Below, piece after piece: positions 40,516-50,930 of a stretch of 64,000 nt of DNA. Both the position numbers and the translations under genes were made by a program. The stretch spans positions 2,309 to 66,308 of the forward strand of contig CAIUWK010000056.1 in NCBI GenBank assembly GCA_903902855.1, read 5' to 3'. Position 1 is the first letter of the stretch. Every line of letters begins with the position of its first letter. The notes beneath the pieces were generated by a model, which was given only the letters and a program-made list of their open reading frames with translations, was not told where the DNA came from and made no database searches. This DNA comes from an uncultured Geobacter sp. (GTDB lineage: Bacteria; Desulfobacterota; Desulfuromonadia; Geobacterales; CAIOGM01).

Positions 40516-40531
40516 GGCACAACCCGTGCCA
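40516..40531 (-). promoter_or_regulatory. sigma54 promoter of the kinase gene
   Basis: TGGCACGGGTTGTGCC; NtrC-like TGCC-N-GGCA/GGACA sites at about 40593-40631. Confidence 0.8.
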
Positions 40532-40665
40532 TAAAAATTTAACGTTTGATATCAGCATATTACCATCAAACAACTCATGAATGGTAAAATAATGCCCATT
40601 ATCAGGACAGTTGCTGCCAAAACAAGAGGCAGATCCTCTCTCGTCATACAGTCGCCTGAAATGAA

Positions 40666-40699
40666 ACGCACCCTTCAGGCGTTGGCTTGAAGGGTGCGT
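40666..40699 (-). terminator. Terminator after amtB
   Basis: ACGCACCCTTCA...TGAAGGGTGCGT stem. Confidence 0.7.
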
Positions 40700-40727
40700 C
40701 ACAACCGGCAGACGGTAACCGGAGCTA

Positions 40728-42191
40728 TTAATTGTAAGCGGATTCAGCGTGGGTCGTTTCGTCAAGCCCTCTGATCTCGTCTTCTTTCTCCACCCGCAGA
40801 CCGATCGTCTTGTCGAGAATAAAGGCGATGATGATGGTCACGATGACGGCATAAGCGCCGGCAGCCACCACGGCAATCACCTGAGTCATGAACTGTTTCA
40901 CGTCTCCCTGAAGGAGCCCTTTGGCCCCCACGGTAGCAAAAACACCGGTCATGAGCGCGCCGAAGGTCCCGCCGATACCGTGAACACCGAAGGCATCCAG
41001 GGAATCGTCATACTTCAGTTTGGCTTTCATGAGAACACCTAGGTAACAGACGATCCCGGCGGCAACACCCATGATCAGGGCAGCTCCCGGCTGAACAAAA
41101 CCGGCGGCCGGGGTAATGACGACGAGTCCGGCAACGATCCCGGAACCGAAACCGAGGGCGGAGGGCTTACCGGCATGGAGCCACTCGGCGAACATCCAGG
41201 AGAGACCGGCCGCTGCCGGGGCGATGGTGGTGGTGGCAAAAGCCAGACCGGCGAGACCACCCGCCGCGTCGGAACAGTTGGGGCCGACAATGGCGGAACC
41301 GGCGTTGAAACCGAACCAGCCGAACCAGAGGAGTCCGACCCCCAGCATGGTCAGGGGAAGACTGTGGGGCGCCATCCGCTCCTGGGGAAAACCATGACGC
41401 TTGCCCAGGAAGAAGAGGAATGCCAGGGCCGAGATACCGGAAGAGAGGTGAACGACGGTGCCGCCGGCAAAGTCCAACGCCCCCTTCTTGAAGAGCCAAC
41501 CATCGCTCATCCAGACCCAGTGGGCCAGAGGATCATAGACAAGGGTCGTCCAGGCCAGCACGAAGATGCAGTAGGCGGAAAACTTAACACGCTCGGCAAT
41601 GGCGCCGGAGATCAGGGCCACGGTGATCATGGCGAACATGCACTGGTACATGGCAAAGACCAGTTCGGGAATAGAGCCTGGTTCCGTGGCCACATTCTGG
41701 AACAGAGCGTAGACCGGGTTGCCGTCCTTGATGGTGATGAGTCCGTTGAGCAACACCTTACTGAAATTGCCCAGCAGACCGCCCCCCACATCCGGGCCGA
41801 AGGAGAGGGTGTAGCCGATGACCGTCCACTGGACCCCCACGATCCCCATGGCCACAAAGGAGTGCATCATGGTGGAGAGGACGTTCTTTTTCCGGACCAT
41901 GCCGCCGTAGAAGAAGGCGAGGCCGGGAATCATCAGGAGAACCAGCGCCGAGCAGACCAGCATCCAGGCGGTGTCGCCGGTATTGAGCACCGGATCCACA
42001 TTCTTCGGTTTGGGCGCCTCGGCGGGAGCCGCGGCAGGAGCAGCCACCGTCGCTGCGGCAGTTTCAACTTTCTTGGTGGACGATACGGCAGCCTGGACCG
42101 GGCTTTTCACCTCTTCGGCAAGGGAGAGAGCCGGCAGGGTGAGGAGCGACAGGGTAATCAGCAGTTTGGTGACAGACAGTGTGATCTTCAT
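40728..42191 (-). CDS. amtB: Ammonium transporter
   Basis: GDTAW, PGLAFFYGG, DFAGGTVVH, WFGWFGFNAGS, DDSLDAFGVHG; ATG at 42191 follows GGAGG. Confidence 0.96.
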   Translation of the reverse strand: MKITLSVTKLLITLSLLTLPALSLAEEVKSPVQAAVSSTKKVETAAATVAAPAAAPAEAPKPKNVDPVLNTGDTAWMLVCSALVLLMIPGLAFFYGGMVRKKNVLSTMMHSFVAMGIVGVQWTVIGYTLSFGPDVGGGLLGNFSKVLLNGLITIKDGNPVYALFQNVATEPGSIPELVFAMYQCMFAMITVALISGAIAERVKFSAYCIFVLAWTTLVYDPLAHWVWMSDGWLFKKGALDFAGGTVVHLSSGISALAFLFFLGKRHGFPQERMAPHSLPLTMLGVGLLWFGWFGFNAGSAIVGPNCSDAAGGLAGLAFATTTIAPAAAGLSWMFAEWLHAGKPSALGFGSGIVAGLVVITPAAGFVQPGAALIMGVAAGIVCYLGVLMKAKLKYDDSLDAFGVHGIGGTFGALMTGVFATVGAKGLLQGDVKQFMTQVIAVVAAGAYAVIVTIIIAFILDKTIGLRVEKEDEIRGLDETTHAESAYN

Positions 42192-42225
42192 GATAACCTC
42201 CTGAGTTCGTTGCATTCGTAACCGG

Positions 42226-42579
<354 letters not shown>

Positions 42580-42663
42580 TTACTCTACGTAAACGACTGT
42601 GGATGATATATTTCAAAGAATACCGGACTCTGCGCTGAGAATCTTACAGCATCTTGCCTGTTA

Positions 42664-43413
42664 TCAAAAATTGAACGCTGCCTTGACCCCGTAGATATTT
42701 TCATGGCTGAGACCTGCGGCTCTACCGGTTGCTGAAATTGCGTTGGAGAAAAGATACGACGGGGAGATCTTGATCACGGGAGTTACTGCGTAATCAGCAC
42801 TCAGGCTCAGCTCATAGTTCTGGAAATTCTTACGACCGGCGCCGGCAGAGTAGTTGTCACAGTTATAACCGACAAGACCACCCAGATTAATTCCCAGTTC
42901 CTTGGTGACTTCCAGGGTATGCGAGACACCCAGGGTAAAGTATAATCCTGCCTTGCCGTTGGACTCATCATAGTCCCAGTACGTGGTAAAGGTCGGAGCA
43001 AGTAATGTGTTGAGTGTCGTCTTCAGGTAGAGTTCATTGGTGTCACGAATCGCCGGGTTTTTGGAGTTCAGGCTGTAGAACGTATTCCCTACGTTAAAGG
43101 TAAGCAACTCGACAGGTGTGAAGGCATAATTCAAGGTTACGTCGGTCTCAGTAATGGTGCTGCTCTGGTAGTCACCTTTGGCGGCGCTCTGCCAGTTACT
43201 CCAGACGCTGAGGGTAAAGTTCTTGTAACTCAGGTCTGCGCCACCCTGAATAACCATCTGATTTCCACTGAGATCCACCCCTCTGAAAACATACTTGTTA
43301 GAAGGTCCGGCATAGACATCGCCGGTCACTTTGTCTTCCGCGCCTGCAACTGAAATCATCCCCGCAACCAGTGCCACCGCTACTACCGCAATATTCCACT
43401 TTTTCATCGTCAT
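42664..43413 (-). CDS. Putative outer-membrane beta-barrel (TorF-like) upstream of glnK
   Basis: Signal peptide; KYVFRGVDLS, ETDVTLNY, C-terminal Phe; AGGAG RBS. Confidence 0.7.
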   Translation of the reverse strand: MTMKKWNIAVVAVALVAGMISVAGAEDKVTGDVYAGPSNKYVFRGVDLSGNQMVIQGGADLSYKNFTLSVWSNWQSAAKGDYQSSTITETDVTLNYAFTPVELLTFNVGNTFYSLNSKNPAIRDTNELYLKTTLNTLLAPTFTTYWDYDESNGKAGLYFTLGVSHTLEVTKELGINLGGLVGYNCDNYSAGAGRKNFQNYELSLSADYAVTPVIKISPSYLFSNAISATGRAAGLSHENIYGVKAAFNF

Positions 43414-43508
43414 TACTCCTTTGTAGTTTGATGTTGATTTGAGCAAACAAAAATCATGACTGCCGAACCGCCTCATTGTTTCTTGCCAAAGCCTCCTTTC
43501 ACGATAAT

Positions 43509-43607
43509 AAAAAAAAGGCGCCCCATGTGAAACATGGTCAGGCGCCGTTGCCTCGAACATACCCGTCATCATCTCTCTTTATGCCACTCTTTCGCACACC
43601 GTTGTGC
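43509..43607 (-). promoter_or_regulatory. ANTAR-type dual hairpin plus intrinsic terminator in the leader
   Basis: GCAC-AACGGU-GUGC and AGGC-AACGGC-GCCU hexaloop hairpins; the second overlaps the terminator GGCGCC...GGCGCC-U8. Confidence 0.75.
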
Positions 43608-43626
43608 TCTCCGACATTTTCATCTC

Positions 43627-43642
43627 AGCACAACCCGTGCCA
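43627..43642 (-). promoter_or_regulatory. sigma54 promoter of porin-glnK-amtB
   Basis: TGGCACGGGTTGTGCT (15 nt identical to the kinase promoter); NtrC-like TGCCC-N7-ATGCA at about 43749-43765. Confidence 0.82.
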
Positions 43643-43855
43643 GAGTACATAAAATAAAATAAACCTGTTTTTATCATATAGTTGCATCATATTATCGTTG
43701 GAAACAGTAAAAACCGGAGAGTCCGTTCAAGGCATCACTCCAACAGATTGCCCATTTATTATGCACACATCCACCCTTCTCACCTTCCACGTTTCCGCTT
43801 CCCTTTGTCGCCAACATCGGTATACTGACCGGAACAAACGGCAAAGGAGTCAACC

Positions 43856-44899
43856 ATGCGCGCCAACGAAACCTCACATTACCAGACGCTCTCCCTGGGA
43901 AGCGACCCGGCGCTCCGGCGTCGCCACATGGTGGTCTCCGATCAACTGCATGGAAATCTCCGTTTCGGTCTTCTTCTGGAGACTCTCGACCTGGTGGCCG
44001 AGGCCACCGCATTGAAATACGTCAACCGGTTCTACTCCGAGGCACGGGTGGTGACGGCTGCCATTGACGATATTTTTGTCCGAAACGCCGCCGACGTGAA
44101 CCGGGATATCTCTTTCCAGGCCCGAATCAATCACGTGGGGCGCTCTTCCCTGGTCATCGGCATCAGGGTGGAGCAGCCCGGCGAACCGGCCAACCACATC
44201 GCCTCCTGCCATTTCACCATGGTGGCCCGCTCATGGAAAGATGGCGAGGAGTTCAGTGTGGCGTTGCCGCCGCTGGAGTATCTGGACGAGAATGAACAGA
44301 GGAGGGGAGAGAAGGCGGTGTCCAGTCGTGAGGAGTACCGGGAACAGCAGGCGCTCATCTCGGAACCCCCATCCCGGGAAGAGTACACCATGCTCAAACA
44401 GCTCCACCTGGCTCAAGAGGAGCAGGGTTTTGCCGGTCTGCGGGCGGGGAAGCTGATTGCCGATTCCTGGGAAAGGATGTATCCGGAGCAGGAGAACGTG
44501 CCGCAGAAGATTTTCGGGGGGTATCTGATCCGGCGCGCCTACGAGCTTTCTTCCATCGCCTCGGAACTGGTGGCCCCCAACCGCGCCATCATCGCCGCCG
44601 TGAACCGGATCAACTTCTTCCGCCCGGTCCGTCTGGGGGACAAGCTCCACTACACGAGCCGGATCGTCTACACCAGCGACAGCTTCGTCTGTGTGGAGGC
44701 CAACATCGAGCGAATCAGCCGGGACCGGAGCAGCAAGGCCCTCTCCAATTCATGCCTTTTCACCTTTGCCAACGTGGACAACGACCTGAACCACCTGCCG
44801 GTCCCTCCCATCTACCCGGCGACCTATGCCGAAGATGACCGGTACCTGGCGGCACATCGCAGTTTCCGGGCGCTGGTGGAGCACCATGCGATTATATAA
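43856..44899 (+). CDS. Double-hotdog acyl-CoA thioesterase
   Basis: FGLLLETLD, VVTAAID, VGRSSL, KIFGGYL. Confidence 0.82.
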   Translation: MRANETSHYQTLSLGSDPALRRRHMVVSDQLHGNLRFGLLLETLDLVAEATALKYVNRFYSEARVVTAAIDDIFVRNAADVNRDISFQARINHVGRSSLVIGIRVEQPGEPANHIASCHFTMVARSWKDGEEFSVALPPLEYLDENEQRRGEKAVSSREEYREQQALISEPPSREEYTMLKQLHLAQEEQGFAGLRAGKLIADSWERMYPEQENVPQKIFGGYLIRRAYELSSIASELVAPNRAIIAAVNRINFFRPVRLGDKLHYTSRIVYTSDSFVCVEANIERISRDRSSKALSNSCLFTFANVDNDLNHLPVPPIYPATYAEDDRYLAAHRSFRALVEHHAII

Positions 44900-44939
44900 A
44901 AGGTGAGAGGTGAGAGGTGAAAATTTGAAACCATCCAGG

Positions 44940-45845
44940 CTAGAGCTTGTCTCTACTTCTCAGGCCCAATCTGTTTCTTTGTAAATTTATATGATACAGA
45001 TGCTCTTCATCCGACACGGCTAACGGCAGTTTCAGTCTCTCCGCCCTTGCATACCCGTACAACATACAAACAGTTCTGACAATAAACGGAAAATACCGTG
45101 CACTATACAGCGCCCTCAGTAAAAAAAAGAGGCGGTAATAGCCGGTAATATAATTGTTTCGGCCATCTCTGGTCATGCCGTCAAAATGTCCCTGCCGGGT
45201 CCCCATGGGCCTGATATGGTGTACATACAGAGTAGTGGAGACCTTGGTCGTGTATCCACGAATACGCATCCGCAATATATCCACCGTATCCCACCCCAGC
45301 GAACTGACAAAAGGTCCGATTTCCTGTAAAAAACGATATCTGTAGAGTCTGGCGGTCCCTGAGGGGAAATAACTGCTATGCCGTTCAAAAACCTTACGAC
45401 CATTTTTCATGATATAAGGGTGACCGCTTATAATACCCAATAAGGGATTGTTATCCATTTCTGCAAGCAAATATTCGAAATAATCTTGAGCTAAATACAA
45501 GTCGGCATCGAGTTTTGAGACAAATTCGACATCAATATCGGCTATAAGATTAAAACCGTAATTCAATAAATCGGCGACACCTTTGCCGACAAGATCAAAA
45601 CCACGGTCAGGTAGTGCTATGCTTATTATCCAAGGATACTGTATAGCATAATTATTTACGATATCGGTACTGCCATCGGTAGAACCGTCATCAAGTATTA
45701 TCCAGGCCTTTGGAGGCTCTGTTTGTGATAATACTGACCTGATCGTAGTTTCCACAGTATTTATTTCATTCCGCATGGCGGTGACGATGATATACCGACC
45801 AGCTTCATTAAATAATGATTTATTTATTTCGACGTTATCAGTCAT
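44940..45845 (-). CDS. Glycosyltransferase family 2 (AT-rich)
   Basis: MRNE, DDGSTD, KLDAD, GWDTVD. Confidence 0.8.
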   Translation of the reverse strand: MTDNVEINKSLFNEAGRYIIVTAMRNEINTVETTIRSVLSQTEPPKAWIILDDGSTDGSTDIVNNYAIQYPWIISIALPDRGFDLVGKGVADLLNYGFNLIADIDVEFVSKLDADLYLAQDYFEYLLAEMDNNPLLGIISGHPYIMKNGRKVFERHSSYFPSGTARLYRYRFLQEIGPFVSSLGWDTVDILRMRIRGYTTKVSTTLYVHHIRPMGTRQGHFDGMTRDGRNNYITGYYRLFFLLRALYSARYFPFIVRTVCMLYGYARAERLKLPLAVSDEEHLYHINLQRNRLGLRSRDKL

Positions 45846-45861
45846 TTGTCCGCATGTAAAT

Positions 45862-46749
45862 TCAGTTATGGTGACGTCGCAATACTTCGTATACCCTGCC
45901 GGCAAAGCCGGCCAGACCGGCAACAATCTTCAACAGTGTCAGACGTAAGCCAATCTGAAAAAGAGCAGGAAACAATCCTGCGATACGCAGTACCACCCGT
46001 ACCGGGAAGCTGCGTCGTCTCTCCCTCTCACCACTCCCGACATGCTTGCGCTGATACTGTGGCGTACCTCTCCCGTGAGCGAAATACTGACGCCAGAAGT
46101 CGCGAAAAGTATAGAGACGGCGATGCAGCACCTTTACCGGCACATAGAGCAGGTTGTAGCCACGAGCCACGACGCGGATCTTCAGATCCATGTCCTCCCC
46201 ACCGGGTGAAGTAAACAACTCATCAAAACCACCCACCTCCGCCAGTACATGAGTTCGGTAGGACATGGAGTGTGTCCCCCCGGCTGGACACTCCAGCCCA
46301 CCCAACACCGGCTCAGGACCAAACCCGTAGACGGTATGAGTCATGTAGTAATCATACTGCGCATAGGAGTTATGAGACAGCAGCTCATCCGACGCCTCCA
46401 GATAGCAACCGGCGCCGGCGATCTCCGGATGGTCTCGATAACCGTCAGCCAGGCGCGACAGAAACTCCGGGGGAAGGATACAATCATCATCGGTGAAGAC
46501 GATAATATCGCCACCTGCCGTCGCAATCCCTCGGTTGCGGGCCGTGGCCGGGCCGCTGTTCCGTTCCAGCCGCAGGGAGATAATTTTCGGGAATTCCGCA
46601 CGAACCATAACCGACGTATCATCGGGGGAGGCGTCGTCCACGACGATGATCTCATGGGGCGGATGCTCCTGTGCGAGACAGGAGGCCAGGCACCCCCGGA
46701 GCAGCTCCTTGCGGTTATAAGTGGGAATGATGATGGAAAATTTCAGCAC
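45862..46749 (-). CDS. Glycosyltransferase family 2
   Basis: SIIIPTYNR, DDASPD, GPATARN, FTDDD, GGED. Confidence 0.85.
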   Translation of the reverse strand: MLKFSIIIPTYNRKELLRGCLASCLAQEHPPHEIIVVDDASPDDTSVMVRAEFPKIISLRLERNSGPATARNRGIATAGGDIIVFTDDDCILPPEFLSRLADGYRDHPEIAGAGCYLEASDELLSHNSYAQYDYYMTHTVYGFGPEPVLGGLECPAGGTHSMSYRTHVLAEVGGFDELFTSPGGEDMDLKIRVVARGYNLLYVPVKVLHRRLYTFRDFWRQYFAHGRGTPQYQRKHVGSGERERRRSFPVRVVLRIAGLFPALFQIGLRLTLLKIVAGLAGFAGRVYEVLRRHHN

Positions 46750-46813
46750 GTATTTCCCCTGAAGGTAAGGCGAGGCCGGCTTCTTCAAACCGTACGCATA
46801 TGACTAGAATTTT

Positions 46814-46944
46814 TCTTGTTCCCAAACTCCAACTTGGGAACAAGAGCAACAAGATTCAAGCCGTTGACTTCCTCTGCGTCCTCTGCGAGAGACGATTTTT
46901 ATCTCTCGCCCGTTCGTTGCACCTCTCCTGAGCGGAGTCGAAGG
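46814..46944. repeat. Stack of four different REP-like motifs
   Basis: TCTTGTTCCCAA-N8-TTGGGAACAAGA; CTCTGCGTCCTCTGCGAGAGACG; TCTCTCGCCCGTTCG; CCTGAGCGGAGTCGAAGG. Confidence 0.7.
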
Positions 46945-46969
46945 TGAAGACGATGATCTCATCTGCCGG

Positions 46970-47455
46970 TCAAGCATGCTGTTGACGACACAGCTGTTCC
47001 AGCCGGGAATCAAGCTCCCACCGTTCACTTGTCGCGGTCATCTTCCCCCGGAGTTCAGGGTGCAATGGGTTCAGGACGAAATTCCAGCACTTCCCCGGAG
47101 GCCCCATTGTCGACGGCACCTTGAGTGCGGCAGAGTCACCATGAGTAAGCCATTCCCTCCCCATTGCCACCGTTGAGGCGGCGTGGGGAAACCTGTTCCA
47201 GTCACAGGGCAGCTCCGCTACGGTAATTTCCCGAACGGATAACTCAGCGGGGAGGATGATTGTTACCAGACAGAGTCCCACCGGCAGGAGCTCCAGAGAG
47301 AAAGAGGGGAGAGTTTCCGTCAGTGCCAGAGACGGGTGTTCCGATGTGTAGAGTACGGGAAACAGCTTGGGATTCCAGCGCCCTCCCGCCAATCGTGCTC
47401 CCTCTCCCGAAAGATCGAGCGCGTAACTTTCCGGAGCAACCCGATACAGCAGCAC
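46970..47455 (-). CDS. RES-domain toxin (NAD+ phosphorylase-like)
   Basis: YRV, GEGARLAGGRWN, YTSE..SLALTE, LKVPS, NFVLNPLHP. Confidence 0.88.
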   Translation of the reverse strand: MLLYRVAPESYALDLSGEGARLAGGRWNPKLFPVLYTSEHPSLALTETLPSFSLELLPVGLCLVTIILPAELSVREITVAELPCDWNRFPHAASTVAMGREWLTHGDSAALKVPSTMGPPGKCWNFVLNPLHPELRGKMTATSERWELDSRLEQLCRQQHA

Positions 47456-47922
47456 TAGGCGAACACTCCATACTCGATTCTTGTTACGGTGTCGTTGATG
47501 AGCGAGATACCTTCCATGGTATCCATAAGGTGAATGGGGAGTTCGCCGCCGAGGGCATGGTTGGGAGTCGTAAGCCAGCGTGATGTTTTCTCATTACTTC
47601 CGAAGACATCAAGACAATGCTCATAAATTTTCAATATCTGGACAATATGGTCGGAAGTATCTACGGAAAGGGATGATTTGGCTGAAGCACGTTGCGCTGT
47701 TTTCGGTTTCAGGTGGAGTAATGAGTAAATCTGCGCCTTGTTAACATCAAACATCTCAGCCATCTTGCCGATGGCGCTACCGGGCAGCCCTTTTTTTATA
47801 ACCGCGATGAGCTCCATCGAGCTTGGCTCTACCTGCCTGAATTCTTCGGGAAACATGAACGCCCAGATATTCCTTTCATCAGCGCACTTCCCGGAGATTG
47901 CTCCTGCGTCAATACAGGTCAT
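47455..47922 (-). CDS. Xre/MbcA/ParS-type antitoxin
   Basis: IKKGLP, VFG, WLTTPNHALGG..P, RIEYGVFA; 1-nt overlap with the RES gene. Confidence 0.88.
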   Translation of the reverse strand: MTCIDAGAISGKCADERNIWAFMFPEEFRQVEPSSMELIAVIKKGLPGSAIGKMAEMFDVNKAQIYSLLHLKPKTAQRASAKSSLSVDTSDHIVQILKIYEHCLDVFGSNEKTSRWLTTPNHALGGELPIHLMDTMEGISLINDTVTRIEYGVFA

Positions 47923-48011
47923 TTTGACACCTCCATAGGGTCACATTGTCACCAAATCGGCAGAAAAATGCAAGCTAATAGTGCCGAACAAAACCGTCAC
48001 CCCCTGTCACC

Positions 48012-49178
48012 TCATGTTCCCTCCACCAGCCGATCATAAAGCCGTTCCAGCTCTGCCGTCTGTTTCCGGAGGCAGAACTTCTCGCAGACCAACTCCCGCC
48101 CGCGCCGCCCTATCCTCCGCCTCAGTTCCCCGTCGGCCAGGAGCAGCTCCAGGTTTTCGGCCAACAGGTGGTCGTCCCGTTCCGGAGAAAGAAGCCCCGT
48201 TTTCCCGTGGATGACCGCTTCGGGAATTCCGCCGCAGCGGGTCGCCACCACCGGAACAGCGCAGGCGGACGCCTCATTCAGCACCATCCCCAGGGCCTCC
48301 CGGGCGCCGCTCCTTGCCGTCTCACTGGTCAAGGCAACGATCTCAGCCCGCTGCATCAGGGTCAGAACATCCCCATGGGAGAGGGAACCCAGAAACTTCA
48401 CCCGGTCGGCAATCCCGAGCTCCCGGGAGAGCCGATGCAGCGATTCCGTCAGCGGACCGGCTCCCACCTGCATCAACTTAACCTGGGGGTGCCTTGCCGC
48501 AATCCGCGCAAAGGCCCTCAGCAGAGTCGCCACCCCCTTTACCGGAACATGACGAGCCACATTAAGGAGATACCTCCCCTCCCCTCCCTCGGAGCTTTCC
48601 GGCAACGGGCGGAATCGCCGGGTATCGACGCCGATATAGAGGCGGTGAATTTTCTCCGGAGAAAACCCTTGCGTCACGAGACAGCCATGGATGAAATCGG
48701 AAACGGCGATGAACGCAGCGCCCCGTTCCTTCAGCCGGCAGAGGCTTCGAAAATAATTTATGACCGTAAGGCCGAAGAGTGACGTGAACAACGGCCATCT
48801 TCGCATGGTGGCATCCAGACCGTGAAAGGTGACGACAAGAGGCAGAGTCAACCGTTCCGCAAGTTGCAACCCATAGACCCCATTCATACCGAAGTGCGCA
48901 TGGATCAGAGAGAGCTTCCGTACCCGCTCGTCCTTAAGAAAAAAAGAGGGAGATCCGGTCAGAGCCAGTAATGCCTGACGTACTCCAAACTGATCATGAT
49001 CACTCACCGCCAGCGTGGGAAGATCTGTCGCGCCGCATCTCTTCCTGGTAAGAATCAGCGGTTCATAGTCGGTAAGAGCCAGGGCTTGCGACGAGATGAA
49101 GGTCTCGGAAGGAATCGGGTAGCGGAGCTTGTAGATCCCTACCAGACGCTTAGTGGATATTGAATTCGGACTAATCAA
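48012..49178 (-). CDS. Glycosyltransferase family 4 (start uncertain)
   Basis: SETFI, IHAHFG, VTFHG, EALGMVLNEA, GGIPE. Confidence 0.82.
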   Translation of the reverse strand: MISPNSISTKRLVGIYKLRYPIPSETFISSQALALTDYEPLILTRKRCGATDLPTLAVSDHDQFGVRQALLALTGSPSFFLKDERVRKLSLIHAHFGMNGVYGLQLAERLTLPLVVTFHGLDATMRRWPLFTSLFGLTVINYFRSLCRLKERGAAFIAVSDFIHGCLVTQGFSPEKIHRLYIGVDTRRFRPLPESSEGGEGRYLLNVARHVPVKGVATLLRAFARIAARHPQVKLMQVGAGPLTESLHRLSRELGIADRVKFLGSLSHGDVLTLMQRAEIVALTSETARSGAREALGMVLNEASACAVPVVATRCGGIPEAVIHGKTGLLSPERDDHLLAENLELLLADGELRRRIGRRGRELVCEKFCLRKQTAELERLYDRLVEGT

Positions 49179-49440
49179 GGTTAAATACTAAAACCATTTC
49201 ATATGAAGATAGAATGTTTACGCTATCGACTTCTATCATGCCCGCCTCCTTACCGTAAAGGATCAATCGGGAAAACAGGTTCTCCATTAACCGCAAGTGC
49301 CCAATCAGCCATTAATTTATCTTCGTGAATGTCAATCCATGCCTGGAGTAGCCGTAACTTCTTACCCGGCAACTGACCTCCCAGCACGGTTCCTCCAGGT
49401 ATTCAATAACTGCCTTTATTCCCTGATATTCAACATGGAT
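49171..49440 (-). pseudogene. Decayed DUF4160-DUF2442-like gene pair (putative TA remnant)
   Basis: IHVEYQGIKAVI, frameshift, then IPGGTVLGGQLPGKKLRLLQAWIDIHEDKLMADWALAVNGEPVFPIDPLR* (stop at 49250); then GGAGG RBS and MIEVDSVNILSSYEMVLVFNLD* (49239-49171). Confidence 0.7.
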
Positions 49441-49485
49441 ATCTCCCCCTCGTCACCGTCCACCGGAAGCACGAAACCATACCGG

Positions 49486-50895
49486 TCAAAATGACCCCTG
49501 ATGCCGGGCAACCACCAGAAACGTCTTGCAGAGGATCTTCAGATCCGACCAGATGCTCCAGGTATCGATATAGAGCAGATCGAGGCGCACCACCTCGTCA
49601 AAATCGGTGATTTCGTTCCGCCCGCTCACCTGCCAGAGACCGGTGATTCCCGGTTTGATGGAGATCCGCCGCCGGTGCCAGTTGTCATAGGTGGCAACCT
49701 CGTCGGGAGTCGGCGGACGCGTCCCCACCAGACTCATCTCCCCCCGGAGCACATTCCAGAACTGAGGGAGTTCATCGAGACTGGTCTTCCGGAGAAAATT
49801 CCCGATCCGGGTGACACGTGGGTCATTCTGCATCTTGAACATGGCCCCGGACATCTTATTGTGCAGAAGCAGTTCCTTTTTGCGTTCGTCGGCGTCCCGG
49901 TACATGGAACGAAATTTCCAGCACGTAAAGAGGCGGCCGTTTTCCCGCACCCGCTTCTGACCAAAGAAGAGGGGACCGGGAGAATCAAGCTTAATGGCCA
50001 AGGTGATGAAAGGGAGAGCCACCGCCGTCAGGGTCAACCCCACAAGGGCGCCGATGATATCCATTCCCCGCTTCAGCATCAGCTGATTGGCGTCCAGCAT
50101 CTTGCTGTGAAAGGTCAACATGGGGATGTCATCGTGAAAGAGACTCAGCTCGGTTTTCGACTGCTGCAGATCGAAGAGGTCCAGCACCATCCGGACGGTA
50201 ACCCCCAGGATCTCCAGTTCCCGGACATAGACATCCAGCATGGGGAGATACTCCTTGGAGAGACAGAACACCACTTCATCAATGGGATTGTCCTTGCAGA
50301 TATCCACCAGATCGTCCAGACGGCCCATTAGAGGGTAGCGGTTCATGTTTTCTTCGGGGACATCTTCGGCGGCGTGAACGATCCCGATGAAGTTCAATCC
50401 CCAATGCCGGTGAACTTTGATGAGACGGATGAACTCCAGCGCCTTATCGCTGCAGCCGACAACAATGATATTACGGTAGTTGTACCCCAGCTTGCGAATA
50501 AGGTGCAGGACCAACCGTCCCCCCACCTTTGTGACCAACAGAAAGCAGAGAGAGAAAAAAACAAAATACCCCAGCAGCAAGCGGCTGACCCCCCGGGGTT
50601 CCAGGAGGTAGATGAGTGAGGCGCTAATCGTGACGGCAACAACCTGCACCTGGATCAGTGACCAGACAATCCTGGCAACTGATTGCAGCCTCTGTGAGCC
50701 ATAGAGTCCGAAACGGGTGATTACGACATACCAGACAGGGAGGATGATCAGCAGGAGCCAGCGGTACTCGTCGAACGGCCCAACCCCACCCATCTTGAGC
50801 CGCACCTCGTACGCCACGAGAAAGGCGACGATCAGGGCCAGCAGATCCAGTATGACGGTAACCCCGCGGAAAAAATTGGCTTCTTGTTTGAGCAT
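49486..50895 (-). CDS. Priming polyprenyl-phosphate sugar-1-phosphate transferase (WcaJ/CpsE-like)
   Basis: N-terminal TMs; [32 protein letters not shown]. Confidence 0.92.
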   Translation of the reverse strand: MLKQEANFFRGVTVILDLLALIVAFLVAYEVRLKMGGVGPFDEYRWLLLIILPVWYVVITRFGLYGSQRLQSVARIVWSLIQVQVVAVTISASLIYLLEPRGVSRLLLGYFVFFSLCFLLVTKVGGRLVLHLIRKLGYNYRNIIVVGCSDKALEFIRLIKVHRHWGLNFIGIVHAAEDVPEENMNRYPLMGRLDDLVDICKDNPIDEVVFCLSKEYLPMLDVYVRELEILGVTVRMVLDLFDLQQSKTELSLFHDDIPMLTFHSKMLDANQLMLKRGMDIIGALVGLTLTAVALPFITLAIKLDSPGPLFFGQKRVRENGRLFTCWKFRSMYRDADERKKELLLHNKMSGAMFKMQNDPRVTRIGNFLRKTSLDELPQFWNVLRGEMSLVGTRPPTPDEVATYDNWHRRRISIKPGITGLWQVSGRNEITDFDEVVRLDLLYIDTWSIWSDLKILCKTFLVVARHQGSF

Positions 50896-50930
50896 GGCAA
50901 TAGAACTTATGAACCGAAGAAAGGTTGTTA

